DNA of 64,000 bases, from contig NC_135879.1 in the NCBI RefSeq assembly GCF_964194155.1, positions 141,360,001 to 141,424,000 on the forward strand. Direction: 5' to 3'. Within the stretch, counting starts at the first letter, position 1; each line of letters opens with the position of its first letter. The notes under the pieces were generated by a model that was given only the letters and a program-made list of their open reading frames with translations, was not told the origin of the DNA and did not search any database. Below are positions 11,924 through 24,722 of the stretch, one piece after another. Origin of the DNA: Cetorhinus maximus (Eukaryota). Both the position numbers and the translations under genes were made by a program.

Positions 11924-13284
11924 GTACAGTGACCAAAATGGGCGGACTGCAGTGTCTGTCCCTTGTGTAACCCTGTTAAGATTGTTTGAAACCATCCTTA
12001 TTTTTGATCGTTCAACAAATGCAAGCTAAGGTCAAAAATCAGAAGCTTTCCTCTTCTTCTGAATAAAGCAAATATTGTAGTAAATTGTATGAAGTTTAAA
12101 TTTGAATCAGGGTCAGTAAAGATGATTTGAACATGTGAACATTGACAAAAGCAAAAATGTATTTTTTTAAAAATACAGTCTGTGATGCCTGCACTTAAAG
12201 GCTTGACTCACAGCAGATCTGATATCAGATTTAAGATATCATCTCACCCCCAGCAGACTCAATTAGGCATTCATCCAGCCCGCACAATTACATGGTAACT
12301 TATTTTTATAAATGTGTCTTAACTAAATATTTAAATTTTACTGGGACTTGCTCGTGTTTTTATACATTTTCCTTTCCAATATATTGCCAATCTAAATTGA
12401 GACATGGAGACTCCAGTCTTTTCCAGTGTGATTTGCAAACCAAAAATAACAGGACAACTACACCAGACTACAGTGTTTGCACACTTACATGTCTGGCAAA
12501 GGACCTGGGCTCTTAAACCCAACTCACGTACTGAATACTGAGAACAAAAAGCATAAATCAACAGATAATTGAGATCTGAAATAAAAATTAGATTTTGTGA
12601 AAACTCTAAGCGGGTCAGGCCAGCTAATGTTTTGGATATGAACCCTTCTTCAAAGACAGTTTTGGAGTTTTGGCCAGTTGCACTCACATTCTGCCTTGCC
12701 AGGAGGGAACTGCATTTATATGCTTGAATGAAGGTGTGATGTTTAATGCCTCAACAGCTAATCCTTCATTTTGCAAATTTTGCAAAGAGTGGACCATACC
12801 ATTTGTTTTGTCAGAATATTAAAACACTCCATACTAGGTTTATAAGATGCCTAGATGACCCAAAGGATCTTTTCAAACATGTTTTCACATTTGACTGAGG
12901 TTCTACTCATCATGTGTGAAACTCAAAGAGTGTGAAACACACTTTACGGAGGGTTCATCCCCACTTTGCTTTGATGTATTCAGAAGTCATTGCAGAATAT
13001 AATTCCCAAATTATACACCAACATTTGCATCAATGTGCACCAAAACCACTTTGCACCAACACAAGAGTGGTGGTCTAACAACAATCTTAACATTATTTCA
13101 GTGACTATAACTATAGTTCTGTATTAACCTCCTTCAAATGAGTCCTGTGTCGGGTCTCAATCACAATTATCTGGTGTGGAAGTCTAACATATTAAATGCA
13201 AACAAAGATTTAAATGTAATGTTATTATTTCTCTCACGATTGTGAAATACCAAGACCAATACCAAAGTTTATACCAAAGGATAG

Positions 13285-13460
13285 AGTACCAGTGCAGTTT
13301 GTGTCACTCTTGCCTCTGACTCAGAAGGTTTGTCTACATAATTGATGCTGATCTTCCAGTGCAGTTGGTGGTTCTGTCCTTTGAATAAGATTTAAAGAGA
13401 TACACTATCTACCCCTGTGATTCATGTAGGCTTGAAAGATCTTACAACACTATGTTATCT
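13285..13460 (+). mobile_element. Degenerate Deu-SINE-like element
   Basis: cactcttgcctctgactcagaagg...ccagtgcag...aaagatcttacaacactat. Confidence 0.45.
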
Positions 13461-14104
13461 GAATAATTTAAATTAAAAAGTATTGTAAAAAAAACCAAAG
13501 ATGCATCACAACTCACGTTCCTTTGAGCAGTGTTCTCCTGTCCAGAGGTTATAGGGAATAAAAAGCAAAATAGATATTCAGGTCAGTGCACTGCTTCTGT
13601 GATCTAAAACTCGAAGTTCCCTTACCATAAAATTTCTGCTTGGTTGAAATTTTTTTTTAGACTTCTTTATTTTACTTCTGTATGTGGTAAACCGAACTTC
13701 TGTTTTTTCTTCAGTTCAATACTACAAACACTTCAGTTGCAAGTTTCACTTCTGGACATTATTGTGAAATGTTTGTCTGACTGTACCATTTGGAAATTTT
13801 ACAGCTTTGTTATTACCGCTTCTATTATTATGTTGAAAGATTTATAATTTGCCTCAATTCACTATTCAAAATCTGGTAAATGTTGCCATCAGTTTCTTGT
13901 GAGTACAAGTATCATACCTTACCTCTGCCTTGAAGAGCAGAAATTAAATGTGGCCCAAGTAAACACTTTTATAGTAACCCACAGGGCTGAAATCCTCAAA
14001 TTTCTTTCGCAGCATAGCAACAGAAATGGGGAACTGCTTAGATTCAAATGGTATGTTAGTCTTATACTCCAATCCTTTGTAGTAAAGAATTAAGAAGAGT
14101 ACAA

Positions 14105-14660
14105 TTATATAGGGGTTTAGTGAGATCATGCCTGGAGTATTGTGTACAGTTTTGGCCTCCACACATTAGGAAGGGTGTACTTAACCTGGACGTGGTGCAA
14201 TGAAGGTTCATTAGATGGGTTCTAGGAATGTTCTTTGCAAAGAGATTGAGTAGACTTGGCCTACATTATCTACAATTAAGAAGAATATGAGGAGATCTTG
14301 TTGAAACATACAGTGTAAAATTCTTAAGGGGTGACAGGAAAGATTTTTGGAGAAACCAGAACAGGATCACAGTTTCAGAATAAGGGGTCAGCCTTACAGG
14401 GCAAAGATGAGGCAAAATTTCTTCACTCAGACAGCAGTTAATCTTTGGAATCTCTGCCCCAAAGAGTTCTGGATGCTCCATCATTGAGTGTATTAGAGAC
14501 AGGGATGATAATTTTTTGAATATTAAGGAATTAAGAGATAATGGGGATTGTACATGAAGGTAGATGTGGGGTAGAAGTTCAGTCATGATCTTACTGAATG
14601 GCAGAGAAGCTCAAAGGGCAGAATGGCCTACTCCTGCTCCTATTTCTTATTTTCTCATGT
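14105..14660 (+). mobile_element. CR1 (HER1-like) LINE 3' fragment
   Basis: ctggagtattgtgtacagttttgg (LEYCVQFW) and the CR1 tail gaatggcctactcctgctcctatttcttat. Confidence 0.85.
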
Positions 14661-15974
14661 AAATTGATAGTTATAAATAGAGATCGGTTTCCTTTTTCAT
14701 TACTTTATATGGATGTGGATATGTATAACCATTTGTATTGATGGAGGTTTCATAGTTGGATGTGTTGCATTTTCAATACATTTTAAACAAATTATAACCT
14801 CAGTTGTTCCAGTGTAAGGGCTATGATGTGAGATGTGTGCAGGTTTTAATTTTATAAGAAATCATCTCATTTTATCATGATCATTAAGCTAGGGCCTTAA
14901 AGTTAAGATAATTCCAGGAAAAGATCAGAATTCCTCTGGATCATTGCAATTTTGGAGTGAGATGGGAAACAGGTATATGATACCTGGTGCAATTTTTAAG
15001 TATTAAAAATGTTCCAGCTGGCCCCACAAAAATCTTCCATCCATTGCCAGTTTCCTCCATTTCTCCGCTCCACAGGACTGCCTCCTTTCCCTTTAATGGT
15101 CTATTTACGCTTGGCTCCACCAAGAAACTGCTGGATTTCCCAACCTTCTCTTTCCTCATGAGTGAACTGACTGGTAGCACTTGAACTGAAAATCACCTCC
15201 ATTTCATCTTTGATCTATCCTTAGCTGAGCAGTTGTTAAACAATTTCTCCTATTTGTTTAACTATTTCACTCATCCCCTTGAAGTTCGGTATTTGAAATT
15301 ACAGTAATGATTGTTGGTCTTTTATATTAATGCATCCCAAATCCTATTGAACTTTATCATTCTGCGATTGGTTTTGTCCACTGGTGACTTTTCTTGTCTG
15401 CAAAATGTATTACCTGGGTCACTAACTATTACCAAGTCAAGATGTGCATTGTATCTTGTGGCTTCACTTGAATCATATTGCATTATATTGACTAGTTCAG
15501 ATTTTGAAATGTGTTTTATTTGATTGATTGAATTCTCCCATTAAAATTAGCTTTCTTTTCACATATCCTTATTACTTTATAGAACAAAATGTTTTCCACC
15601 TAATTCTGATCTGATGATTTTCACTCACCTCTGATGTTAGCTTTGTTCCATCAGAGGAATTTGAAGTATGACTTTCCAATTAAATTGATTAATATATTTT
15701 ACCTCTGAGATAAATGTTTAAAATGTATACCTTTGTTCAGATTTCTAGCTTTTGCAATTTTTTTAATAACGCAAATTTATAATTTTCTTAATTATCAGTT
15801 AAAACACGATCTGAATATGCCTTTATGCTCTAGTTCTTGTTTTACATTCAGTGAGTTTCCCTGTATAACTACATTTATCATCCCAAAAAGTTCTTGGAAC
15901 TGACATTTCTACAGTGAGTCCTGGGTTCACAGATGATAAAGAACAGCACCATTAATATTTCCATTTTGCAACCA

Positions 15975-17575
15975 TAAGATCATAATACATAAGAGCAGAG
16001 GTAGGCCATTTGACCCATCGAGTCTGCTCTGCCATTCAATGAGATCATAGCAGATCTGATAATCCTCAACTCTACTTTCCTGCCTTTTCCCCATAACCCT
16101 TGATTCCCTTATTGATTAAAAATCTGTCTATCTCAGCCTTGAATATACTTAACAACCCAGCCTCTACAGCCCTATGAGGTAAAGAATTCCACAGTTTGAT
16201 TACCCTCTGATAGAAGAAATTCCTCATCTTTGTTTTAAATGGTGACCCCTTTGTCTGAGATTATGTTGTCTAGTCCTAGACTCTCCCACGAGGGGAAACA
16301 ACCTCTCAGTATCTATCCTGTCAAACCCCCTAAGAATCTTATATGTTTTAATAAGGTCGCCTCTCATTCTTCTAAACTCCAATGAATACAGGCCCAACCT
16401 ACCCAAACTCTCCTCATAAGAAAATCCCTCCATACCCAAAATCAACCTAGTTAACGTCTCTGGACTGCCTCCAATGCCAAAACTGTTCACAGTATCATAG
16501 GTGTGGTCTAACTAGTGCCATGTATAGTTTTAGCAAGACTCCCTATTTTTATACTCCATTCCCTTTGAAATAAAGGCCAACATTCCATTTGCCTTCTCTA
16601 TTCCCTGTTGAACTTGTATGCTAGCTTTTTGTGATTCATGCACAAGGACTCCTAAATTCCTCTGTGCTGTAGCCTTCTGCAGTCTTCCTCAATTTAAATA
16701 ATATTCAGCTCCTCTATTCTTCCTGCCCAAGTGCATAATCTCACATTTTCCCACATTATATTCCATCTGCCACCTTTTTGCCCACTCACTTAACCTGTCT
16801 ATATCCCTCTTGTGTCATCCTCACCTCTTGCCTTCCCACCTATTTTTGTACCATCCACAAATCTGACGATAGTACATTCACTTTCCACATCTAAGTCATT
16901 AAGTCATTAAGTCAAGGATGTGCTGCTGAGGCTTTATAAGGCTCTGGTCAGACCAAATTTAGAATATTGTGAGTAATTTTGAGCCCCATATCTCAGGAAG
17001 GATGTGCTGGCCCTGGAGAGGGTCCAGAGGAGGTTCACAAGAATGATCCCAGGAATGAAAGGCTTAACATATGAGGAACGTTTGAGGACTCTGGGTCTAT
17101 ACTCGATGGATTTTAGAAGGATGAGGGGGGATCTGATTGAAACTTACAGAATACTGAAAGGCCTGGATAGAGTGGATGTGGGGAAGATGTTTCCATTAGT
17201 AGGAGAGACTAGGACCCGAGGGCACAGCCTCAGAATAAAGGGAAGACCTTTTAGAACAGAGATGAGGAGAAACTTCTTTAGCCAGAGAGTGGTGAATCTA
17301 TGGAATTCATTGCCACAGAGGGCTGTGGAGGCCAGGTCATTGAGTGTATTTAAGACCAAGATATGTAGGTTCTTGATTGGTAAGGGGATCAAAGATTACG
17401 GGGAGAAGGCGGAAGAATGGGGTTGAAAAACTCATCAGCCATGATTGAATGGTGGAGCAGACTCGATGGGCCGAATGGCCTAATTTCTGCTCCTATGTCT
17501 TATGGTCTTATTAATATATATTGTAAATAATTGTGGCCCCAGCACTGATCCCTGTGGCACTCCACTAGTTACACC
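15975..17575 (-). mobile_element. CR1 LINE 3' portion, interrupted by a younger CR1
   Basis: Minus ORF 16224..16490 reads SYEESLGRLGLYSLEFRRMRGDLIKTYKIL. The host sequence resumes at about 17510 (attaatatatattgtaaataattgtggcccc). Confidence 0.85.
16905..17510 (+). mobile_element. Young 5'-truncated CR1 LINE
   Basis: Intact 140-aa ORF2 C-terminus LERVQRRFTRMIPGMKGLTYEERL...RVVNLWNSLP. Tail cctatgtcttatggtctta. Confidence 0.9.
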
Positions 17576-17659
17576 ATATTGAATGTCCTGTTAATGTCCG
17601 CTCCCTCATAAAACTTTTGTTGGAGCCTTTGTGTCAAAATTACATCCAGTCCAAATATA

Positions 17660-18020
17660 TACAATTGCAATTTTTAGGGACATAGGACCAGGAGGAGGCC
17701 ATTCAGCCCCTTGAGCCTGTTCCGCCATCCAGTGCGATCATGGTTGATCTGTGAATTAATTCCACATATCTGCATTTACCCAAATCTCTTAATTCCTTTG
17801 GCTAACAAAAATCTATCAATCTCAGATTTAAAATGAACAATTGACCTGACATCAATTGTCATTTGCAAAAGAGAGTTCCAAACTCCGACCACCCTTTTGT
17901 GTGGAAGTGTTTCCTGAAAGGACTGGCTCTTGTTGTTAGACTATGTCCCCAGGTCCTATTTGTTCTCCTTAATATCTTAAAAACTTCAATCATATCATCC
18001 CTTAACATTATAAATTCCAA
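17660..18020 (-). mobile_element. CR1 3' end; appears to resume at about 21000-21245 after the family A insertion
   Basis: cataggaccaggaggaggccattcagcccc is a CR1 tail in reverse. The 21000-21245 stretch carries tactccaggtgtggtctgacc (minus strand VRPHLEY). Confidence 0.7.
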
Positions 18021-18025
18021 AGATT

Positions 18026-20996
18026 ATTTTTTAAAGATTTATTCTCTCACAGGATGTGGGCATCGCTGGATAGGCCAGTGTTTGTTGTCCATCCCTAATT
18101 ACACTTGAGAAGGTGGTGGTGAGCTGCTGCAGCCCACGTAGTGTAGGTACACCTACAGTGCTGTTAGGAAGGGAGTTTGAAGCGACAGCGAAGGAATGGT
18201 GATATAGTTCAGGACGGTGTGTGATCTGGAGGGGAACTTGCAGATCCCATGCATCTGCTGCCTTTGTCTTTTTAGGTGGTAGAGGTTGCAGGTTTGGAAG
18301 GTGCTTTCGAAGGAGGCTTGACAAGTTGCTGCAATGCATCTTGCAGGTGGTACACACTGCTGCCACTGTGTGCTGGTGTTGGAACATGTGAGTGTTTAAG
18401 GTGGTAGATGGGGAGCCAATCAAGTGGGCTGTTTTGTCCTGGATGGTGTCGAGCTTCTTGAGTATTGTTGGAGCTGCACTCATCCAGGCAAGTGGAGAGT
18501 ATTCAATTATGCTCCTGACTTATGCCTTGTAGATGGTGGACAGGCTTTGGTGAGTCAGGAAGTGAGTTACTAGCTACAGAATTCCTAGCCTCTGACCTGC
18601 TCTTATAGCCACGGTATTTATATGGCTGGTCCAGTTAAGTTTCTGGTCAATGGTTACTCCAGGATGTTGATAGTGGGGGATTCAGTGTTGGTAATGCCAT
18701 TGAATGTCAAGGGGCAATGGTTAGATTTGCTCTTGTTGGAGATGGTCATTGCATGGCACTTGTGTGGCCCGAATGTTACTTGCAACTTATCAGCCCAAGC
18801 CTGGGTTGTGCCCAGATTTTGTTGCAACTGCATCAGTATCTGAGGAATCCTGAATGGTATTGAACATTGTGCAATCATCAGCAAACATCCCCACTTCTGA
18901 CCTTATGATGGAGGGAAAGGCATTGATGATGCACCTGAAGATGGTTGGACCTAGGATATTACCCTAAGGAACTCCTGCAGTGATGTCCTGGAGCTGAGAT
19001 TATTGGTCTCCAACAACCACAGCCATCTTCCTTTGTGCTAGGTATGACTCCATCCAGTGGATAGTTTTTCCCCTGATTCCTATTGAATTCAATTTTGCTA
19101 GGGCTTCTTGCTGCCACGCTCAGTCAAATGGTGTCTTGATGTCACACTTTGCTGATGATCGAGAGTAAACTGTTTGGGTGGTAATTGGCTGGATTGGATT
19201 TGTTTACGGACAGGATATACTTGGACAGTTTTCCATATTTTTGGCTACATACCAATGTTGTAGTTGGAACAGTTTGGTTAGGGGCATGGCTAGTTCTGAA
19301 ACATAAGTGTTCAGTACTACTGCTGGGATGTTGTCAAATCCCATAGCTTTTGCTCTACCCAGTACCTTCAGTTATTGCTTATATCATGTAGAATGAATTG
19401 AATTGGCTGAGACTGGCATCTGTGATGCTGGAGACCTTGGGAGGTGACCGAGACGGATCATCCACTCAGCACCTCTGGCTGAAAATGGTTGCAAATGCTT
19501 CATCCATGTCTTGTTCACTGATGTGCTGGGCTCCCCTATCATTGTTTATGAGCATATTTGTGGAGACTCCTCCTCTGGTTAGTTGTTTGATTGTCCACCA
19601 TGATTCACGACTGGATGTGGCAGGGCTGCAGAGCTTAGATCTGATCCATTGGTTGTGGAATCACTTAACTCTGTCTATCTCATGTTGCTTCTGCTGTTTG
19701 GCATACAAGTAATCCTGTGTTGTAGCTTCACCAGGTTGGCACCTCATTTTCATGTATGTCTGGTGCTGCTCCTGGCATGCTGTCCCAAAGTCCTCATTGA
19801 ACTAGGGTTGATCCCATGGCTTGATGGTAATGGTAGAGTGAGAGATATGTTGGGCCATAAGGTTACAGATTGTGGTTGAATACAATTCTGCTGCTACTGA
19901 TGGCCCACAGTGCCTCATGGATGGCCACTTTTGAGTTGCTGGATCTGTTCTGGATCGATACCATTTAGGACAGCAATAGTGCCACAAAACACAATAGATG
20001 GCATCCTCAGTTTGTCAATGGTTTCTTGTTTTCACAAGGACTGTGCAGCGGTCAATCCTATTAATACTCTCATGGACGGATGCATCTGCAACAGGTAGAT
20101 TGGTGAGGATGAGGCCAAGTAGGTTTTCCCCCTGTGTTGGTTCCCTCACCATTTGCCGTAGGTCCAGTCTGGCAGAGTTTCCTTCAGAGCTTGGTTAGTA
20201 GTGGTGGCCACTGTTGATGAAGTCCCCTAGCCAGAGTACATTCTTTGCCCTTGTGACCCTCAGTAATTCTTCCAAGTGGTAGTCAACATGGAGCAGCACT
20301 GACTCATCAGCTGAGGGAGGGTGGTAAGTGGTAATGAGCAAGAGGTTTTCTTGTCTGATGCCATGAGACTTCATGGAGTCTGGAGTCAATGTTGAGGACA
20401 CCTCTTGCCCAACTGTATACCACTGTCCTGTCCCAACGGCAGGACAGACCTAGGGATGGTGATGGAAGTGTCCGGGATATTGCCTGTATGGTATGATTCC
20501 ATGAGCATGGTTATTATAATTGCTTGACTAGTCTGTGGGATGGCTCTCCCAATTTTGGCACAAGTCCCCAGATGATAGCAAGGAGGGTTTTGCAGGGTTG
20601 GCTGGGCGAGGTGTGCTGTTGTGATTTCTGATGCCTAGGTTGATGCCGGGTGGTCTGTTTTATTCTTAATTGGTTTTGCTGCAGTGGTATGGCAAAACTG
20701 ACCATTTCAGAGGAGTTAAGAGTCAACTACATTATATGGCTCTGGAATCCCATGTAGACCAAATCAGGTCAGGACGACAGTTTTCCTTCCCTAATTGGGC
20801 ATTAATGAACCAGATGGGTTTTTATGACAATCTGTTAGTTTCATGGGCACCATTACTGAAACTAGCTTTTAATTTCAGATTTATGAATTAATTGAATTTA
20901 AATTCCACCAGCTACCATTTTGGATTTGAACCCATGTTCCAGACCATTAGCCTGGGTCCCTGGATTTCTAGACCAGTAACATTACCACCACCCCCC
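18026..20996 (-). mobile_element. Long family A LINE copy with tRNA-like 5' head (internally deleted, decayed)
   Basis: Minus strand order: head with B box GGGTTCAAATCC (20922-20933), endonuclease IWGLVPKLGEPSHRLVKQ and LLITTYHPPSAD, RT/C-terminus AWADKLQVTF and MSAAPTILKKLDTIQDK, then tail. Confidence 0.88.
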
Positions 20997-21338
20997 TTCC
21001 CACATCCTTCCTAAAGCACGGTGCCCAGAATCACTCATAGTACTCCAGGTGTGGTCTGACCAGATATAGCTGAAGTATGACTTCCATCACTTGTTTTCTC
21101 ATCATCTAGGTATAAAGCTCAGCACCCCATTCAGCTTTTTGATTATTTTCTTGTGTCTTTAAGTCACTTTGGACCTCAACTGTTTCTAGCTTTTTGCCAG
21201 CATTCCGTGTTGTATCTTTTTGGTCCAAAGTGGCTGACCTCATATTTAGAAAATAGATGTGAAATCCTTAAGTTAGTAAAAGGAGTAGAGTTTGCATATG
21301 CTGAAATTATTCTTTTAAAAACAATATTCCTTTTCTAG

Positions 21339-21854
21339 GTTTCCCTGTGGTCCTTGACGGTCACTCTAATAATCCTCTTCATCCTCACTGGCACCTTGTT
21401 GGGACCCGAGCTATTAGCCACTATCCCAGCTTCTGTGTACATTGTGGCTCTGTTGATGCCGCTCGCAGGATACGTTGCTGGTTATGGTCTGGGTACTCTC
21501 TTCAAATTGCCTTCTAACTGCAGAAGGACAGTTTCTTTGGAGACTGGATGTCAAAACGTCCAACTCTGTACAGCCATCCTGAAATTAGCCTTCCCTCCCC
21601 AGATAATTGGCGGTGTCTACATGTTCCCGCTGCTCTATGCCTTATTCCAAGCTACAGAAGCTGCCCTTTTTGTTTTGGCATATAAAATCCATAGAAGAGA
21701 CGTGTTACACACAAAGCCGGCAGACCAGGATGATGACACGGACATTTCATACAAGAAGCTCAAGGAGGAAGAGACTACTGACCCAGCCTATGGAGCTATG
21801 AACACGAGTGACCAGCACGCTATTATAATGGAACCTACTACTAGCAATATGTAA
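21339..21854 (+). CDS. SLC10A4: SLC10A4 coding exon 3 (terminal)
   Basis: Acceptor ttttctag|GTT TCC CTG TGG. Encodes RTVSLETGCQNVQLCTAILKLAFPP and DDDTDISYKKLKEEE, ending TAA. Total CDS 1233 nt = 410 aa plus stop. Confidence 0.95.
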   Translation, partial: VSLWSLTVTLIILFILTGTLLGPELLATIPASVYIVALLMPLAGYVAGYGLGTLFKLPSNCRRTVSLETGCQNVQLCTAILKLAFPPQIIGGVYMFPLLYALFQATEAALFVLAYKIHRRDVLHTKPADQDDDTDISYKKLKEEETTDPAYGAMNTSDQHAIIMEPTTSNM

Positions 21855-22357
21855 ACGTGAAAGCTGACTGCAACAAAATGTAAATCGTAATGAGCTAACA
21901 GAAGATTCACGATTGACAGCCGCTGTCCACTAAACCCTTTAATGGGGTAATTGACCGTTAGTCTTGGCATTTTCACGTGCTCTGTGCGATCCAGCTTTGG
22001 GGGAATTAGTATAATTGAATTCAAAATTAATGAGATTTAACGTGTAGTTTGAGTAAAAATGTCAACTATTTTGTAATCTGTTAGGTGCAATGTAAATTAT
22101 TGATAAGCTTTAACATGTCAAGAAATGATCCTCCAGGACACGGCTGTGTATCAATATACTTTACCTGGTAATCCAAAACTTGTTGGTGTTCCATGAATAA
22201 CTTTAAGGAAACATATTCTATGTTCATTTGCAATTTTTCTAAACTAGCAGAGACCCATAAAATATTTGAATTTTCTCTAGAATTAGCATAGTCACAAGAC
22301 GCTGTATTTTCCAGAGCCGCTTTTATTCTAATTGCCATGTTTTGTTTGCTCATTACT

Positions 22358-22363
22358 AATAAA
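22358..22363 (+). terminator. Candidate polyadenylation signal of SLC10A4
   Basis: AATAAA about 500 nt after the stop, preceded by U-rich sequence. Confidence 0.55.
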
Positions 22364-22445
22364 AGTTGCCCAAAAGCCGTGAGTGGAGCTTGTTAAATGA
22401 ATTGATTTAACCAGTGGGACTTTGCAATTGACTGGTTGGGTGGAC

Positions 22446-22457
22446 TATTTAAATAAA
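22446..22457 (+). promoter_or_regulatory. TATA-like box of ZAR1 (TATTTAAATAAA)
   Basis: Begins 42 nt upstream of the ZAR1 ATG. Confidence 0.5.
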
Positions 22458-22487
22458 GCAGTGGGTATAGTGTCTTAGCCTGAGACT

Positions 22488-23234
22488 ATGGCTACCTTAG
22501 GTGAAGATGCGTTTGATTATATTTACTCACCATATAATCCCTATTCTTACCAATACATAAGCAGCCGGCCAAAAGGTTCTACTTGGAGACAAAGGAATTA
22601 CTTGAGCAACTATGGTGACCCTAGCGAATATTTTGACAACTATCAACGAGCTCAGCTCAAAGCGATATTATCCCAGGTGAACCCAAACCTAACACCAAGA
22701 GTGAGAAAAGCAAACACGAAAGATGTTGGAGTTCAGGTTAATCCCAGAACCGATGCGTCTGTGCAATGTTCATTAGGTCCCAGGACACTGATGATGATGA
22801 CTATGAGGCGGAGGGGAGTAGTCAAGCGCCGGCCATCACAGAACCAAATACAGGGGAGTCCGGTTAGTATGCCCAAAAATGTTCGGTTCCGGAGGACCAT
22901 GGCTATCTATTCTCCTGTCATATCACCCAATCTAAATACCTTCCTGTATAAAGGAGAGCCGTGGGATGCCGACAAACCAGATTCCAAAGAAGCACAAGAG
23001 GAACCTCAGCAGGAAGAGGAGGTATCTGAAGTGGTGAAAGAGGAGAAAGCTACAAAGGAGGAAGCGGTATCTGAGCAAGTTAAGGAATTTGAAGAGAGAG
23101 GAACTGCAACCGTGGATGGTCCAAGTGGCACAATTGCCGAACAGCCTGAAGATACAACGAAAGATGAGGAAAAGCAAGACACCGGAACCGCGGTCACCAA
23201 AACAACCCAAAGCGAGAAACGCTTAAGATTTCAG
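22488..23234 (+). CDS. ZAR1: Zygote arrest 1 exon 1
   Basis: YQRAQLKAILSQVNPNLTPR...DVGVQVNPRTDASVQCSLGPRTL, an acidic linker, then LRFQ|GTGAG. Position between SLC10A4 and FRYL indicates ZAR1 rather than ZAR1L. Confidence 0.95.
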
Positions 23235-24383
23235 GTGAGAAGTTATTTTTGCCTCAACTCGAATCCCTTTCGTGTTCAATTTTAAATTAGTGATAAAACA
23301 CCCTGCTGGAAATACTCGGGTCTGGCAGCATGTGGAAAGAAAGGGTTAATGTTGCGATTCGAACAAGACTCTTAATCAGTAATGAATTACAGTGCTATCG
23401 ATTTCATTGTCGTCTAAACTACTAGAACATTGAGGTAAGATTGCAGTTTGCGACAATTATACCCGAGTGAATGTTGAAGCATAATGGAATTCCTACTTCA
23501 ATCACTAATGGTCTTTACAGTTCCTACAACAGCTTGTATTTAAAATAGGACTTAAGCATGTTAAAAAGACGCTAAGGTGCTTGGAGCCTTACCCCAGGCC
23601 ACATACGGAGATATTAGGACATTAATAATTTTTCTGCCTTGGTGTTAAAGCATGTGAAATTATCCTTTTTAATTATTGTAAACCGCTGACACGCATGATA
23701 CTGTAGTCTCTAAAGCAACTCCAAATAGTTTCTCATGGGGAGAGCACCGTTTTCTGTACGAATTCACCCACTTGACTATCCAGAAAAGTGCGCATGAAGA
23801 CCTGCAGTTTGGCCAGTAGCGTAAGGTTTTTATTCTAATCAGCACCGCCCTACCATTAGATCCCGTCAGTTAAAAGCTCCAGTATTAAGATTGGCTGCCC
23901 GGCTCCAATAACCTTCAAATCCACCGCTAATTGTTACTTTGAGCAACCTTAATCCACTCTACTTTCTTTCCCCTCCCTCTTTGCCAATGATCACCACTTG
24001 CCATTACACAATTGGGAAAATCTGAAACATTTCTGCCGTAACTTTGGCGGGAGATAAGGAGTTTGAGCCTTTTGGCTTGGCACAAGTAACATCAGAACAC
24101 TTGTGGCATAAAACTTGTCTTGGTACATGGTGCTAATTCATGATATTCGCCATCATTTGAAGTCAACATTAGTTGCAATGAAAATGATCAATTCCATGCA
24201 AACCCTGGGTGAATTGCAGCTCCACCCTGACTCAAAGTTGATTGGAATTGCAAATAGGGAAAACCTTAAGTTCCGGTTTTGGACGCTGTTAGTAATGAGT
24301 ATTTTTGATCAGGTACACTGCCTTGCAATTTTCTACCAGTTATTTGGATTGCTGATAACGAGTCCTAAACACTTTCATTTTAG

Positions 24384-24476
24384 TTTCTAGAGCAGAAATA
24401 TGGATACTTCCATTGCAAAGACTGTAACGCTCGCTGGGAGAGTGCTTACGTTTGGTGTGTACAAGGCACTAACAAG
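24384..24476 (+). CDS. ZAR1: ZAR1 exon 2 (93 bp)
   Basis: tttag|FLEQKYGYFHCKDCNARWESAYVWCVQGTNK|gtaagt; start of the 3CxxC zinc-finger domain. Confidence 0.97.
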
Positions 24477-24554
24477 GTAAGTGTAAAAGTTGTTTGTTTT
24501 TTGTATGTAATCTCCTTGAACATTGTTTACATCCTGAATCTCCTTGACCGACAG

Positions 24555-24629
24555 GTCTACTTTAAGCAGTTTTGCAGGACCTGTGAGAAGGCCTACAACC
24601 CTTACCGGGTCGAGGACATCACCTGTCAA
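24555..24629 (+). CDS. ZAR1: ZAR1 exon 3 (75 bp)
   Basis: acag|VYFKQFCRTCEKAYNPYRVEDITCQ|gtaagt. Confidence 0.97.
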
Positions 24630-24722
24630 GTAAGTAGCGCAGGAAGCACACAGCCTGTGTAGACGTTTACTGAGGAGTATCCAGCATCCGTACAGTGAGA
24701 CTTGTTTTTTCCTGCCCATCAG

